DNA of 61,409 nt from Candidatus Woesearchaeota archaeon (GTDB lineage: Archaea; Nanobdellota; Nanobdellia; Pacearchaeales; UBA284), in the NCBI GenBank assembly GCA_964500015.1, contig CAZCMN010000001.1, positions 1 to 61,409 on the forward strand, read 5' to 3'. The translations under genes and the position numbers were made by a program. Below the pieces are notes generated by a model. That model searched no databases. It saw only the letters and a program-made list of their open reading frames with translations, and had not been told where the DNA came from. Positions 17,217 through 27,112 of this stretch are shown here, one piece after another (the stretch's first letter is position 1; the number at the start of each line of letters is the position of its first letter).

Positions 17217-19841
17217 TTATAAATTCTTCTTTCCTATTTTCTCCATAACTTTCTCATGCATCCTCTTCAAAAAAAGGATTTTATTTTCCATCCTCATCAA
17301 ATCAGCATAACCTTGTAAGACTAAATTCAAAGAAAAAGGACTTGGATATTCGCTTTGCGTTTTATCAACTTTAATTTTTCCCTCTTTTATCCAATCTAGG
17401 ACTTGTTCAGTGGATTTCAAATCCATAACATCCTCTAAAATCTCTCTTTTAGTTTCTCTTAAAATAGGAAAATCACTTGAAATCTTTCTAACAGCATAAT
17501 AAAGAACATCTGATTTAACTTGTTGTCTTCCTACGCTCTTATTCTGTCCTTTATAATTCCTTAATATCATTAAAGATCTTGTTGCACAATGCCTGAATCT
17601 TCTCTTAAAAGTCTCTGTTTTTTCAACAGCATCTTCTAAAATTTTTCTCAGCTCTTTTGGCTTTTCAGATAATAATTTTAGGGCTTTCTCAACTTGCAAA
17701 GGCTTGACAGAAGCAATAAAAAATCCATTATCATTTATCCCGATTTCTAAATCTGTTTTATTGCTAGCTATATAAGCAAGAGCTCTAGATAAAGCATCAT
17801 TCACTCTTCTTCCATATAGTGTATGAAAAATATAATATCTTTTTTCCCCATCAATATAAGTTTCAATCACAATTCTTCTTTCATGTGGAACTAAACTATA
17901 ATGAAACTGTTCATAAAAATAATTATATAATGCTTCAGCAGAATTTTCATCACAGTAAACATAATTTAAAATAAATTTCTTAATTTCTGATTTGCTATAC
18001 TTTTTCTTAAATTTTTCTTCAAGCAAATATCTAAAATGTTGTATATCTAAAGCTAAATCAAAACTTAATGGCAGCATTTCAGAAGCCCATGAAGGAATTG
18101 TTGGTGGCCTAGAAACAGAAGCATTAACATAAGCATTCATTCCTCTTGAATATAAAAACTGGTATTTATGCCCTCCTAAAATAAAAACATCTCCTTTTTT
18201 CATCCTTTCAAGAAAAGATTCATCAATTTTTCCAACTTTTTCATTTCTTCTTTCTCCTGCGCTTATAACAACATTTGCAAAACTTTCATCAGGAATAGTT
18301 CCTATATTAGTCATGTAAATCATCCTTGCAAGCCTTCCTCTTTTTCCAATTTGTTTTGTATTTTCATCATACCAAATCTTAGCATAAACACTCTTGCTTT
18401 CCAAGCCAGCATACTCTCCAGTTAAATAACTTATTACAGAGAAAAAATCCTCTCTAGTTAAAGAATTATAACAATAACTTTTTTTAATAGTCATGTAAAG
18501 ATCAGAAATATCCCAGATTCTTTCAATTGCCATGCCAAAAATCTGCTGGCTTAAAACATCTAAACAATTTTTAGGAATAAAAACCCTATCAATTTTCTTA
18601 TCAACTGCTTCTTTTAATAAAACACAGCACTCAACTAAGTCATCCCTATCTAGAATAATCAATCTACCCTCACTTACATCATGTAATTTATGTCCTGCTC
18701 TTCCAATTCTCTGCATAGCCCTAGCAACTGATTTAGGGCTTCCTAGTAAGATAACTAAATCAACATAACCAATATCAATACCCAACTCTAAAGAAGTTGA
18801 AGTAACAACACACTTTAATTTCCCTTCTCTTAATCTCTGTTCAATTGAAAACCTGTGTTCTTTGCTTAAAGAAGAATGATGTGCCCCAATATTTTCATTT
18901 ACTGCTTCATATTTTCCTGGAAACATATCTTTTAAATGATTAATAACCCGTTCAGTAGCTGCCCTAGTATTAGTGAAAATTATAGTTGTTTTATGCTCCT
19001 GAATCAGCTTATCAATTAAAGAATAAAGACTTTCTTGCATTTCTTTAGCTGTTGTATTAATTAAATCTTTTAAAGGACTTAAAACTTTCAAATCCATTTT
19101 TTTTAAATACTGAACATCTGCTATTAAACAATCTTTCTCAACAAATTTCTTATTTTCATATTCATAACCCACTAAAAACTTTGCAATTTCTTCAATTGGA
19201 GCAACTGTTGCACTTAATCCAATCCTAACAGGCCTAATCTGGGAGATTTTATCTAGTCTCTCTAAAGATAAGGATAAGTAAACTCCTCTTTTATTAGCTA
19301 GAGCATGAATCTCATCAACAATAACAAACTCAATAGCATTCATTTTCTCAATAAACTTCTTTGTTGTTAATAAAATAGCCAAACTTTCAGGAGTTGTAAC
19401 TAAAATATGGGGTGCTTTTTTCAACATTTTCTGTTTATCCTTGACAGAAGTGTCTCCTGTTCTCACACTAACTCTTATTTCAGATTCTTTTCCAGAAATC
19501 TTATTCATTTCTTCTAAAGGATTATTTAGATTAACTTCAATATCTCTAGATAAGGCTTTTAAAGGAGAAATATAAACACAATAAACCTTATTTTCAAGTT
19601 CATTTCTTTCTTCTAAGTTCATTAAATAACTTAAAATAGATGCAAAAGCACTTAGAGTTTTTCCAGACCCAGTTGGTGAGCTCAGCAAAATATTTCTTCT
19701 GTTTCTAATTGGAACAATTGTGAATTTTTGCGACTCTGAAAAATGTCCAAATTTCTCTTTAAACCATCTTGCTACAATAGGGTTTAATGATTCCTGAACT
19801 TCTGCTTCTGTATTTGGTTTTTCTATAAATTTTATTTTCAT
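17217..19841 (-). CDS. lhr: Lhr-type ATP-dependent DEAD/DEAH helicase
   Basis: SPTGSGKT, VDEIH, SATV, RIGRAGH helicase motifs plus about 450-aa Lhr-type C-terminal extension. Confidence 0.85.
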   Translation of the reverse strand: MKIKFIEKPNTEAEVQESLNPIVARWFKEKFGHFSESQKFTIVPIRNRRNILLSSPTGSGKTLSAFASILSYLMNLEERNELENKVYCVYISPLKALSRDIEVNLNNPLEEMNKISGKESEIRVSVRTGDTSVKDKQKMLKKAPHILVTTPESLAILLTTKKFIEKMNAIEFVIVDEIHALANKRGVYLSLSLERLDKISQIRPVRIGLSATVAPIEEIAKFLVGYEYENKKFVEKDCLIADVQYLKKMDLKVLSPLKDLINTTAKEMQESLYSLIDKLIQEHKTTIIFTNTRAATERVINHLKDMFPGKYEAVNENIGAHHSSLSKEHRFSIEQRLREGKLKCVVTSTSLELGIDIGYVDLVILLGSPKSVARAMQRIGRAGHKLHDVSEGRLIILDRDDLVECCVLLKEAVDKKIDRVFIPKNCLDVLSQQIFGMAIERIWDISDLYMTIKKSYCYNSLTREDFFSVISYLTGEYAGLESKSVYAKIWYDENTKQIGKRGRLARMIYMTNIGTIPDESFANVVISAGERRNEKVGKIDESFLERMKKGDVFILGGHKYQFLYSRGMNAYVNASVSRPPTIPSWASEMLPLSFDLALDIQHFRYLLEEKFKKKYSKSEIKKFILNYVYCDENSAEALYNYFYEQFHYSLVPHERRIVIETYIDGEKRYYIFHTLYGRRVNDALSRALAYIASNKTDLEIGINDNGFFIASVKPLQVEKALKLLSEKPKELRKILEDAVEKTETFKRRFRHCATRSLMILRNYKGQNKSVGRQQVKSDVLYYAVRKISSDFPILRETKREILEDVMDLKSTEQVLDWIKEGKIKVDKTQSEYPSPFSLNLVLQGYADLMRMENKILFLKRMHEKVMEKIGKKNL

Positions 19842-19941
19842 TTTTCTATTTTTTTAATTCAAAAATTTAATTTTTAAGTGAATTTTCCTTTAAATGAAAA
19901 GAAGTATTTAACCCTTTCTACTTATCTATATATCTACTTAT

Positions 19942-20871
19942 CTAATGTCTTTGAAGAATCTTGACTTCTCCATTAATTCCCGCTGTTTTTAATTGAATTT
20001 CATTTAAGAAAGGAGCATCTGGAATTAATGTCAAATCTGTTTGTGAATTAACACACACAAAAAAAGGTCTTTGTTCTTTAGCATTGCTTCCAGTTCCACT
20101 CCAAGAAAAATGAAATCTTAAAGCCTTAACATCATGCACGTCTGCCCAGGAAAAAGGAGGATAAACATAAAACCTTTCTATAACAATAGGTTCATTAATT
20201 TGTAGACTATATTTCATTTCCATCTCTTCAATTGACGGCCCTTCTAATAAAATTCCTGCAGAAACTAAAATACCTTTTAAAAAGGTTTGAGTGACATTTA
20301 AAACCTCTGCTCCAGACTTGATTGCTTGTTTATCTATAAAATCAAGAATATAAAAAAAACTACTTGATTTCATATTATCTACTGTTCTGATTCCTAGTTT
20401 TCCATCTCTAAGTCTTCTTATAAGATGACTCTCGCTTTCTGTCCAGACGTTCATTCCTTGCCTGTAAATTAAATATACGCTTGTTGGTCCAATACTAAAA
20501 TTTTCATAATTACTATAACTATGATCATTAAACCTTGTAACAAATAAATTTAAAATCCCTTGTTGAAGATCAGGATTTGGAAAACCAAACCTAAGCCCAT
20601 AACCCATATAAGTTCCTTTATGTCTATAAGCAGGACAAACATCATTATAAGTCTGATATAAAACATCTCTACCTAAAAAACTCCTTACAACATCCTCTAA
20701 TTCTTGTTCTTCTTGAGAAAGAAAAATTCTTGGATGCCTTGTAATTAAACCAGTTCCAAATTCCTTATTAAGATCTTCTGGCTTAAGAATTGGTTGTGCA
20801 ATAGAACTTCCAGTTAAAGCTCCGATAATAGATAATCCGCTCAAAAGTGTGACTAGGCCTCCTTTTCCCAT
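19942..20871 (-). CDS. hypothetical secreted or membrane-anchored protein
   Basis: N-terminal hydrophobic signal-like segment; no motif recognised. Confidence 0.5.
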   Translation of the reverse strand: MGKGGLVTLLSGLSIIGALTGSSIAQPILKPEDLNKEFGTGLITRHPRIFLSQEEQELEDVVRSFLGRDVLYQTYNDVCPAYRHKGTYMGYGLRFGFPNPDLQQGILNLFVTRFNDHSYSNYENFSIGPTSVYLIYRQGMNVWTESESHLIRRLRDGKLGIRTVDNMKSSSFFYILDFIDKQAIKSGAEVLNVTQTFLKGILVSAGILLEGPSIEEMEMKYSLQINEPIVIERFYVYPPFSWADVHDVKALRFHFSWSGTGSNAKEQRPFFVCVNSQTDLTLIPDAPFLNEIQLKTAGINGEVKILQRH

Positions 20872-20920
20872 TTCATTTTAATCTAAAAAACTTTATAAAT
20901 CTGGTGTTTCTCATCTTAAA

Positions 20921-21217
20921 ATGCCACAGATAAGCAAGAAAAAAGAAGATAAGATAAAAGAATTGATTATTTCAATACTCTTCCAGAACTCTCCTAGACC
21001 ACTTTTTACAGCTCATGTGTCTCAAGAACTAGCTCGAGATGAAGAATATACTAAAAGACTCTTAGAAGAGCTTGAATCTAAGAAATTAGTTGTTCCTATT
21101 AAGAAGAGTCCTCAAGGCATAGATTATAAAAAAAGAACAAGATGGAGACTCTCAGATCAAGCCTATAATACTTATAAAACACTTCAAGAAGGCAAACCCG
21201 ATCTTCAAAGGATATAA
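20921..21217 (+). CDS. small winged-helix DNA-binding protein
   Basis: 98 aa, helix-turn-helix-wing pattern ...AHVSQELARDEEYTKRLLEELESKKLV. Confidence 0.5.
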   Translation: MPQISKKKEDKIKELIISILFQNSPRPLFTAHVSQELARDEEYTKRLLEELESKKLVVPIKKSPQGIDYKKRTRWRLSDQAYNTYKTLQEGKPDLQRI

Positions 21218-21277
21218 CTCCAATTCTATATAAAGAATAGGCATAATTTATTTAAATACAGAATCTCCTAAAAACAA

Positions 21278-22039
21278 ATGGACCAAACAGAAAAAGAGAA
21301 TATCCAAAATTCCTTTAAAAAAATAAAAGAAGATATGTCTTTTCTTAAAGAAGAAGTCTTTATTCTTAAGAAACAATTAAGTCAGACAAACAAGTCCTTG
21401 AATTACTTAAATGCCTATTTAAGCAAACATCTTAATAAAGATAATAAAGAAACTAACAAAGAAATAGAATCCAGCACATCTTCAACAGACACCCAGCAAA
21501 CAAGTCAAAATCCAGCACAAAATCCCATTTATAATAGAGATATAAGCCCTAAATCATCATTCTCCATAGGAAATGAAGGGGTTCCAGCAGACAGACAACA
21601 GACAGTCAGCAGACACATTTTAGAAGAAAATCCAGCAGTATCCTCTCAGCCTAGCTTAACAGCTTCTCCGTCGACAAACATTCCTAGATTCGACGACAAA
21701 GAGAAAGAAATAAACTTAAATAGCCTTTCCTCAATATTAGAAGATCTTAAGAAAGAACTTAAACAAAAGTTCAAGAATCTTACTAATCAAGAGCTTTTGA
21801 TATTCTCATTGATTTATACTCTTAATGAAGAACTAGGAGAAGTTTCATATAAAGACATTTCATTAAGAGCTAACCTCACTGAAAGCTCTGTTCGAGACTA
21901 TATATCGAGGCTGGAGCATAAAGGCATCCCTTTAATCAAAGAAAGAAAGAACAATAAGATGATTATTCTTAAGATTCCCGATGAGCTTAAACATATCTCT
22001 ACACTAGATAATCTAACAAAATTGAATAAGAATTCTTAG
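21278..22039 (+). CDS. coiled-coil protein with low-complexity linker and C-terminal wHTH
   Basis: N-terminal heptad region, S/T/Q-rich linker, C-terminal LTNQELLIFSLIY...SVRDYISRLEHKGIPLI. Confidence 0.5.
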   Translation: MDQTEKENIQNSFKKIKEDMSFLKEEVFILKKQLSQTNKSLNYLNAYLSKHLNKDNKETNKEIESSTSSTDTQQTSQNPAQNPIYNRDISPKSSFSIGNEGVPADRQQTVSRHILEENPAVSSQPSLTASPSTNIPRFDDKEKEINLNSLSSILEDLKKELKQKFKNLTNQELLIFSLIYTLNEELGEVSYKDISLRANLTESSVRDYISRLEHKGIPLIKERKNNKMIILKIPDELKHISTLDNLTKLNKNS

Positions 22040-22139
22040 TTTTAAGCAGTTAAATCAATTTAAATCATAATTCTAAGCTAGAATCTATATTATTCTTCGG
22101 CTCACCGAACAATTACACCAACCCATTAAAAAATATCAA

Positions 22140-22250
22140 TTACCTATTTAAATTAGGATATAAACCTTAAATCTAGCTTATGGTATTTACCCTAACTTTT
22201 ACCTATTTCCTGTTTTTTAAAATCTCTCTAACTCTATCTTTTACCTATTT
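22140..22250 (+). repeat. three exact TTACCTATTT 10-mers (iteron-like) between convergent genes
   Basis: copies start at 22140, 22199 and 22241; degenerate copy TATTTACCC at about 22184. Confidence 0.5.
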
Positions 22251-22387
22251 TATTTTCAGTTTTTTTCTTTTTTATCAAAAAATTGATCTTTTTTCGATTT
22301 TTAACTATTTACGAACTCTCACTTTTGCACTTTAAGACTGTTTTTTTCAGCTAAAAATCAACTAAAGAAAGGATTGTGCGAACCATT

Positions 22388-23065
22388 TTACATTGAAGAG
22401 CTCTCACTTTTCCTTTTTCTCACCTTGCTTTTTAGCTGTTTTAATAGACTCTCCTTTATTCTCGGATCTATATAATATCTCTTTTTTCCGTTTTTTTCAA
22501 CATGCTCTAAGATCAAACTTTCATTTTTTCTTTTTATGCTGTTCAACTGTCCACGAACTGTTGTTCTTTCTTTTCCAAGCAATGCTGCAACATCATCGCA
22601 ACTTAATTTTAATTCACTGTTCAAAACAATCCAAACAATTGTTCTTTCTGTTGAACTTAATCCCCTTAAAAATGAACTATAATTTCCACGATTCTGATTT
22701 TCATTTTCCCAATTCTCAAAATTAGCATTAAAAATAGGTGTTTGCACACCTGTTTGCACACCTGTTTGCACACCTACAACAGCTGTTTGTTTATAAACAG
22801 GTGTGCGTGGGTGTTTAAACACCCCTCTAGAAAGTGAAGAATCGAAGTAAGAAATGAAAGATTTTACACCGTCGATATCTTCCTTAATTTTAATAATTTC
22901 ATCATACACCTCTTCTATCTTGGTGTTGTGCTGTTTATCTTTGGTGTGCAAATGATTAATCCAAGCAGAAATTTTATCAACATCAGCCTTAACTTCAGCA
23001 AAAGAATCCTTAATTTCTTCCTTAAAACTTTCATCTCTTTTTTTTCCAAACCACAAAAAACCCAT
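22388..23065 (-). CDS. coiled-coil protein with VQTG repeat and C-terminal wHTH (same architecture as 21278..22039)
   Basis: N-terminal coiled coil, GVQTGVQTGVQTP repeat, C-terminal LSSTERTIVWIVL...TVRGQLNSIKRK. Confidence 0.5.
   Translation of the reverse strand: MGFLWFGKKRDESFKEEIKDSFAEVKADVDKISAWINHLHTKDKQHNTKIEEVYDEIIKIKEDIDGVKSFISYFDSSLSRGVFKHPRTPVYKQTAVVGVQTGVQTGVQTPIFNANFENWENENQNRGNYSSFLRGLSSTERTIVWIVLNSELKLSCDDVAALLGKERTTVRGQLNSIKRKNESLILEHVEKNGKKRYYIDPRIKESLLKQLKSKVRKRKSESSSM
22736..22783. repeat. 12-nt tandem repeat ACCTGTTTGCAC (two perfect and two variant units)
   Basis: read directly; in frame, encodes the VQTG repeat on the minus strand. Confidence 0.85.
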
Positions 23066-23177
23066 ATAAATTAGTGAATTTTTTTCTTTTTAAATGTTTC
23101 TAAAAAATTACAAAAAAACAATTTTTTCTGTAGATTTAAAAATAATTTTTAAACAAATTAAATTAATCTAATATAGC

Positions 23178-23303
23178 TTGTAAAAAGGATCATCTTTTTC
23201 AAAAAATAGCTGTTTAAAACTTTTAATCAAAACACAAAACATTTAGCATGAAGAAAAAATAGAAAAAAATCAAAAATTTGTAAAAAAACATGCCAGAAAT
23301 CAC
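23178..23303 (+). repeat. left copy of a roughly 125-bp imperfect direct repeat flanking ORF 23340..23804
   Basis: shared blocks TTGTAAAAAG, GATCATCTTTTT, TAAAACTT, GCATGAAGAAAAA, GTAAAAAAACA[TG]G[CT]CA. Confidence 0.6.
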
Positions 23304-23339
23304 AACAAAGATTAAAAAATAGACTAATCTATAAAAAAC

Positions 23340-23804
23340 ATGCCAAAAAATAAATCTGATGAGATTAATCTAAGGGTCAGATTGAAAGATTCCGAGTATA
23401 AACCATGCCCCCTTAACAGATTTTCCTTGCCCACTGCTTGCAAAGAATTTAAGGAATTTTTAGACGATTCTTTATTAGATTTATTCTTTTATAACAAAGG
23501 AACAGGTCTTTGGAATACTCATTGTACAGTTTATGCAGGAAGAGCACTAAGATTGCAAGATTGTATTCATCATACAAGAGGATGGGGTGGTCAAAGACTT
23601 TCACTAACTTTTTCAATTGTTTTGCCAAATAAATCAGAAAATCAACATTATAGATTAGTTTTACGTGAAGATAAGGGAGCATCATATCAATTATTAGAAA
23701 CAAGAGTAAATGTAATAGAAGTAGGAGGAATTTTAATTACGCAACAACAAGTTCCCGATCAAAAGAAATATGGTTCACAAAAACTTGTTTTTGTAAAAAG
23801 ATAA
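23340..23804 (+). CDS. hypothetical protein (154 aa)
   Basis: ORF bracketed by direct repeats; no motif recognised. Confidence 0.45.
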   Translation: MPKNKSDEINLRVRLKDSEYKPCPLNRFSLPTACKEFKEFLDDSLLDLFFYNKGTGLWNTHCTVYAGRALRLQDCIHHTRGWGGQRLSLTFSIVLPNKSENQHYRLVLREDKGASYQLLETRVNVIEVGGILITQQQVPDQKKYGSQKLVFVKR

Positions 23805-23926
23805 AAAACAAAAAAAGATCATCTTTTTAATTAAAATCAATCATCTAAAACTTCTGCACAAAAGCTAAAACTTTCTGCATGAAGAAAAACAGAGCAAAAA
23901 TGTAAAAAAACAGGTCAAAACTTCAC
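23791..23926 (+). repeat. right copy of the direct repeat flanking ORF 23340..23804
   Basis: see left copy; roughly 75% identity by eye with two short indels. Confidence 0.6.
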
Positions 23927-24080
23927 TTAATCAGTATTAAATGTAGTTCCAATTCTCATTTTTCTCCAAAAAATGCAAAATACTTCGCACAAGGCACATT
24001 GTTACGCATTGCTAGTGCGAACTTTTTATCACTGAAAAATTTTTACACATGTTTATATATTGGTTCGTACAAACATTTAG

Positions 24081-25202
24081 ATGAAAAAAGAGTGGATTAA
24101 ATATTCTTTTAGGAAATATAATAAGACTTATCCAAAATGGTTTAATCAAGAAAAAAAACAACTTTTCAGAATTCTTGGCAAAAAAGTGAAAATAGAACAC
24201 ATTGGAAGCACAGCAATTCCAGGACTTGGAGGAAAAGGAATAATTGACATAGCAATCCTTATCCCAAAAGAAAAATACATTTTAACAAAGAAAAAGATCA
24301 TCTCTTTGGGTTATTTGCAATGGCCAGTTCCAAGCTGGAAAAAAAGGCTTTCATTTGAGAAATATCCTAAAATCAAGAAAAGTAATAAGATATATTACAT
24401 ACATCTAACTTCTGATTTAAGGGAATTCAAAAAGATGACCTTTTTTAGGGACTATTTACTAAAAAACCCAGAATTAATTAGAGAATATTCTAATCTCAAG
24501 AAAAGAGCAGCAACCCTCTGCAAAAACAAAGGACAAAAATATAGAGATCTAAAATCTCCTTTCATAAAATCAATTAATAGAAAAATTAATCAAAACAACT
24601 CTAAAGTTAAAGCAATTATCTTTGATATTGGTGGTGTGTTGCATGTTGGAGATCAAAACTCTCATGAAGAGGTTTATCAAGCATTAAATATTCCTAAAAA
24701 AGAGTATTTTAAAAAAATTGGTCTAGTCTGGGAGAAATTAGTTATTGGCAAAATCAGCAATGAAAAGGGCCTTTTTTTAATGGCCAAAAGCCTGGGTGTT
24801 TCAAAAGATAGATTAAGAGCAATCTGGAAGCAAGGAATAAAAAAAAGATTTATCTTAAACAAACCTCTGCTAGCTTTAATCAAAAATCTAAAAAAGAACT
24901 ATAAAACTGCAATCCTCTCAGATCAATGGTTTTTGCCCTATAATCAACTTATCACAAAACAAGTGTCTTCTGCTTTTGATGTGACGATATTTTCTCATCA
25001 AATTGGTATAAGAAAACCAGATAAAAAAATCTATAAGAAAACCCTGGCCAAGTTAAAATTAGATCCTCTGCAATGTGTTTTTATAGATAACCAAGATTGG
25101 AATCTTACTCCAGCTAAAAAGCTCGGTATGAAAGCCATCTTATTCAAAAACAATAAACAGCTTGTCAAAGAACTGAAGAAATTAGGAGTTAAGGTAAAAT
25201 GA
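24081..25202 (+). CDS. GrpB-family (UPF0157, nucleotidyltransferase-fold) / HAD-hydrolase fusion protein
   Basis: N-terminal half EHIGSTAIPGLGGKGIIDIAI (GrpB); C-terminal half IIFDIGGVL...SDQ...DNQDWN (HAD). Confidence 0.75.
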   Translation: MKKEWIKYSFRKYNKTYPKWFNQEKKQLFRILGKKVKIEHIGSTAIPGLGGKGIIDIAILIPKEKYILTKKKIISLGYLQWPVPSWKKRLSFEKYPKIKKSNKIYYIHLTSDLREFKKMTFFRDYLLKNPELIREYSNLKKRAATLCKNKGQKYRDLKSPFIKSINRKINQNNSKVKAIIFDIGGVLHVGDQNSHEEVYQALNIPKKEYFKKIGLVWEKLVIGKISNEKGLFLMAKSLGVSKDRLRAIWKQGIKKRFILNKPLLALIKNLKKNYKTAILSDQWFLPYNQLITKQVSSAFDVTIFSHQIGIRKPDKKIYKKTLAKLKLDPLQCVFIDNQDWNLTPAKKLGMKAILFKNNKQLVKELKKLGVKVK

Positions 25203-26113
25203 ACAAAACTGATTTTCTAAAAAAACTTGAAGTTGAACTGAAAATATCAAAAAACTCAGAATATACTGTAAGAAACTATGTCCATGCAAACTCAGAGCTT
25301 TTTGATTTTGTGAAAAAAGAGCCAGAGCAAATTAACCAAGATGACTTAAAATTATTCATGTCTGAGAAATTAGCAAAAAGATCCTCAAGTTCAACTATCT
25401 TGTTTTTAGCAGCTGTAAGATATGGCTTTTCAAATATCTTAAAGAAAGACATAACCCAAGGAATAAAAAGACCAAAAAAAGAAACAAAAATCCCAACTGT
25501 TCTAACAAAAGATGAAGTCAAAACACTATTAAACGCAATTTTAAACAAAAAAAGTAAATTAATGTTAAGTTTAATTTATGCTTGTGGTTTCAGAGTTTCT
25601 GAACTAACCAGCTTAAAAGTTTCAGATATTCATTTTGATGAAAAAATAGGTTATGCAAGAAAAGCAAAAGGAAACAAGGATAGGATGTTTAATATTCCTG
25701 ATTTTTTATTAGAAGAATTAAAAACACAAGTTGAATTTCAAAAAAATAACTCGCAAGAATTCTTGTTTTCTGGACCCAAAGGAAAGCTTTCTGTCAGGAA
25801 TATTGAAAAAATCACAAGAAATGCACTAAAAGCATCAGGAATCCAGAAAGACATCCACCCACATTCTCTTCGTCATTCATTTGCAACACACCTATTAGAA
25901 GACGGGATTGATATTAGAATGATTCAAACAATGCTTGGCCACAGTAATCTTGATACAACTGCTATTTACACCCATATTTCATCAGAGCAAATTAAGAAAG
26001 TTCCTAGCCCAATTGATAATCTGATGAAAAAAGAAGAAGTTAAAGAAAAACCAGAAATAGAAGAAGCAATTAAATCTAAAGAAGAGGTTGAAGAAAAAAA
26101 TGAAATTCTCTAA
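25199..26113 (+). CDS. tyrosine recombinase, XerA/XerC/D-like, with K/E-rich C-terminal tail
   Basis: GFRVSEL (Arg I), HSLRHSFATHL (HxxR), LGHSNLDTTAIYTH (His and Tyr nucleophile); ATGA overlap with the upstream gene. Confidence 0.85.
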   Translation: MNKTDFLKKLEVELKISKNSEYTVRNYVHANSELFDFVKKEPEQINQDDLKLFMSEKLAKRSSSSTILFLAAVRYGFSNILKKDITQGIKRPKKETKIPTVLTKDEVKTLLNAILNKKSKLMLSLIYACGFRVSELTSLKVSDIHFDEKIGYARKAKGNKDRMFNIPDFLLEELKTQVEFQKNNSQEFLFSGPKGKLSVRNIEKITRNALKASGIQKDIHPHSLRHSFATHLLEDGIDIRMIQTMLGHSNLDTTAIYTHISSEQIKKVPSPIDNLMKKEEVKEKPEIEEAIKSKEEVEEKNEIL

Positions 26114-26636
26114 TGGCATAATTGAATTGAAAAATCATAAAAAATACTCTTTTAAGCCCTATCAAAAAGATTATGTTGATCAATTTAATTCTGAAAAGAA
26201 AATTCTTACAAAAATCTTATCTAAAAATGCAAGAATAGAGCATTTTGGAAGCACAGCAGTTCCAAAATTAGGAGGAAAAGGGATGATAGACATTATTATT
26301 GAAGTTCCTAAAAAAGATTTTCTTAAATCAAAAAGAATCTTAGAGAAAAATGGATACGAATATAAACCCCACTTTAAAAAAAGATTATTTTTCAAAAAAT
26401 ACTACAAAAATAGAAAAGTTCATGTTCATTTAACTTATATTGGAACAAATGAAATAGCGAGGGCAGTTTCAGTTAGAAACTATTTAATAAAAAATAAAAA
26501 AGAAGCAAAAAAGTATGAGGACATTAAGAAAAAAGCAGTTAAACATGCTAAGGGGATTGGGCAAAAATATCGCGATTATAAAAAACCCTATCTAGATAGA
26601 TTAGAAAAACGAGCAATAAGAGATTATATTAAATAA
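26088..26636 (+). CDS. GrpB-family protein (paralog of the N-terminal half of 24081..25202)
   Basis: EHFGSTAVPKLGGKGMIDIII; overlaps the recombinase 3' end by 26 nt. Confidence 0.75.
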   Translation: MKKKMKFSNGIIELKNHKKYSFKPYQKDYVDQFNSEKKILTKILSKNARIEHFGSTAVPKLGGKGMIDIIIEVPKKDFLKSKRILEKNGYEYKPHFKKRLFFKKYYKNRKVHVHLTYIGTNEIARAVSVRNYLIKNKKEAKKYEDIKKKAVKHAKGIGQKYRDYKKPYLDRLEKRAIRDYIK

Positions 26637-26764
26637 TTAAGGTTTGGCTTTTCAGCCAGCTATAAGTGTTAATAATTCAGATTTTCTGATTTTGTTTGTT
26701 TCTTAAAGAATTGTTAGAGACAAGAAATTGTTTATATGTTAATTACAACATAACTCGGAAAGAA

Positions 26765-27049
26765 TTAATTAGTAGGTTCAGGAAAATACTCTTTTTTCAT
26801 TGCAATGTCGTGAAAGGAGAGATGACGGCAGGGCTGTCCTACAACTACAACTTCATTATGCTTGCTTCTCCGAAATACAATTCCCCGATAATCACAATGC
26901 CCAGTCTGAACTGAAGAGATTATTCCAGATCTCTTTTGCCCTTCATTTCCAAGATATAATGTGCAATCTGCTGAACATCTCACACTTTCTGGAATATATT
27001 TTCTTCGATGCTCTTCAGAGCCTGGTGTGGATGTTGTTTCCGGAGTCAT
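26765..27049 (-). CDS. hypothetical Cys/His-containing protein (94 aa, GC-richer)
   Basis: best of three overlapping frames here; CTTAAAAAC-type TATA box about 25 nt upstream. Confidence 0.4.
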   Translation of the reverse strand: MTPETTSTPGSEEHRRKYIPESVRCSADCTLYLGNEGQKRSGIISSVQTGHCDYRGIVFRRSKHNEVVVVGQPCRHLSFHDIAMKKEYFPEPTN

Positions 27050-27112
27050 AAATTCTCATAGAAGTTTTGTTTTTAAGTGTTGCGCCCTGTTATTATTCTA
27101 CAAGGTGCGCTT

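Noticed and set aside
14277-19841. An Lhr helicase / metallophosphoesterase pairing, as in bacterial Lhr-MPE or ligase-associated PdeM operons
   Set aside because: The two genes are separated by four unrelated genes (135-aa orphan, prs, HAD) and each has its own promoter-like box. A functional link cannot be supported from this window.
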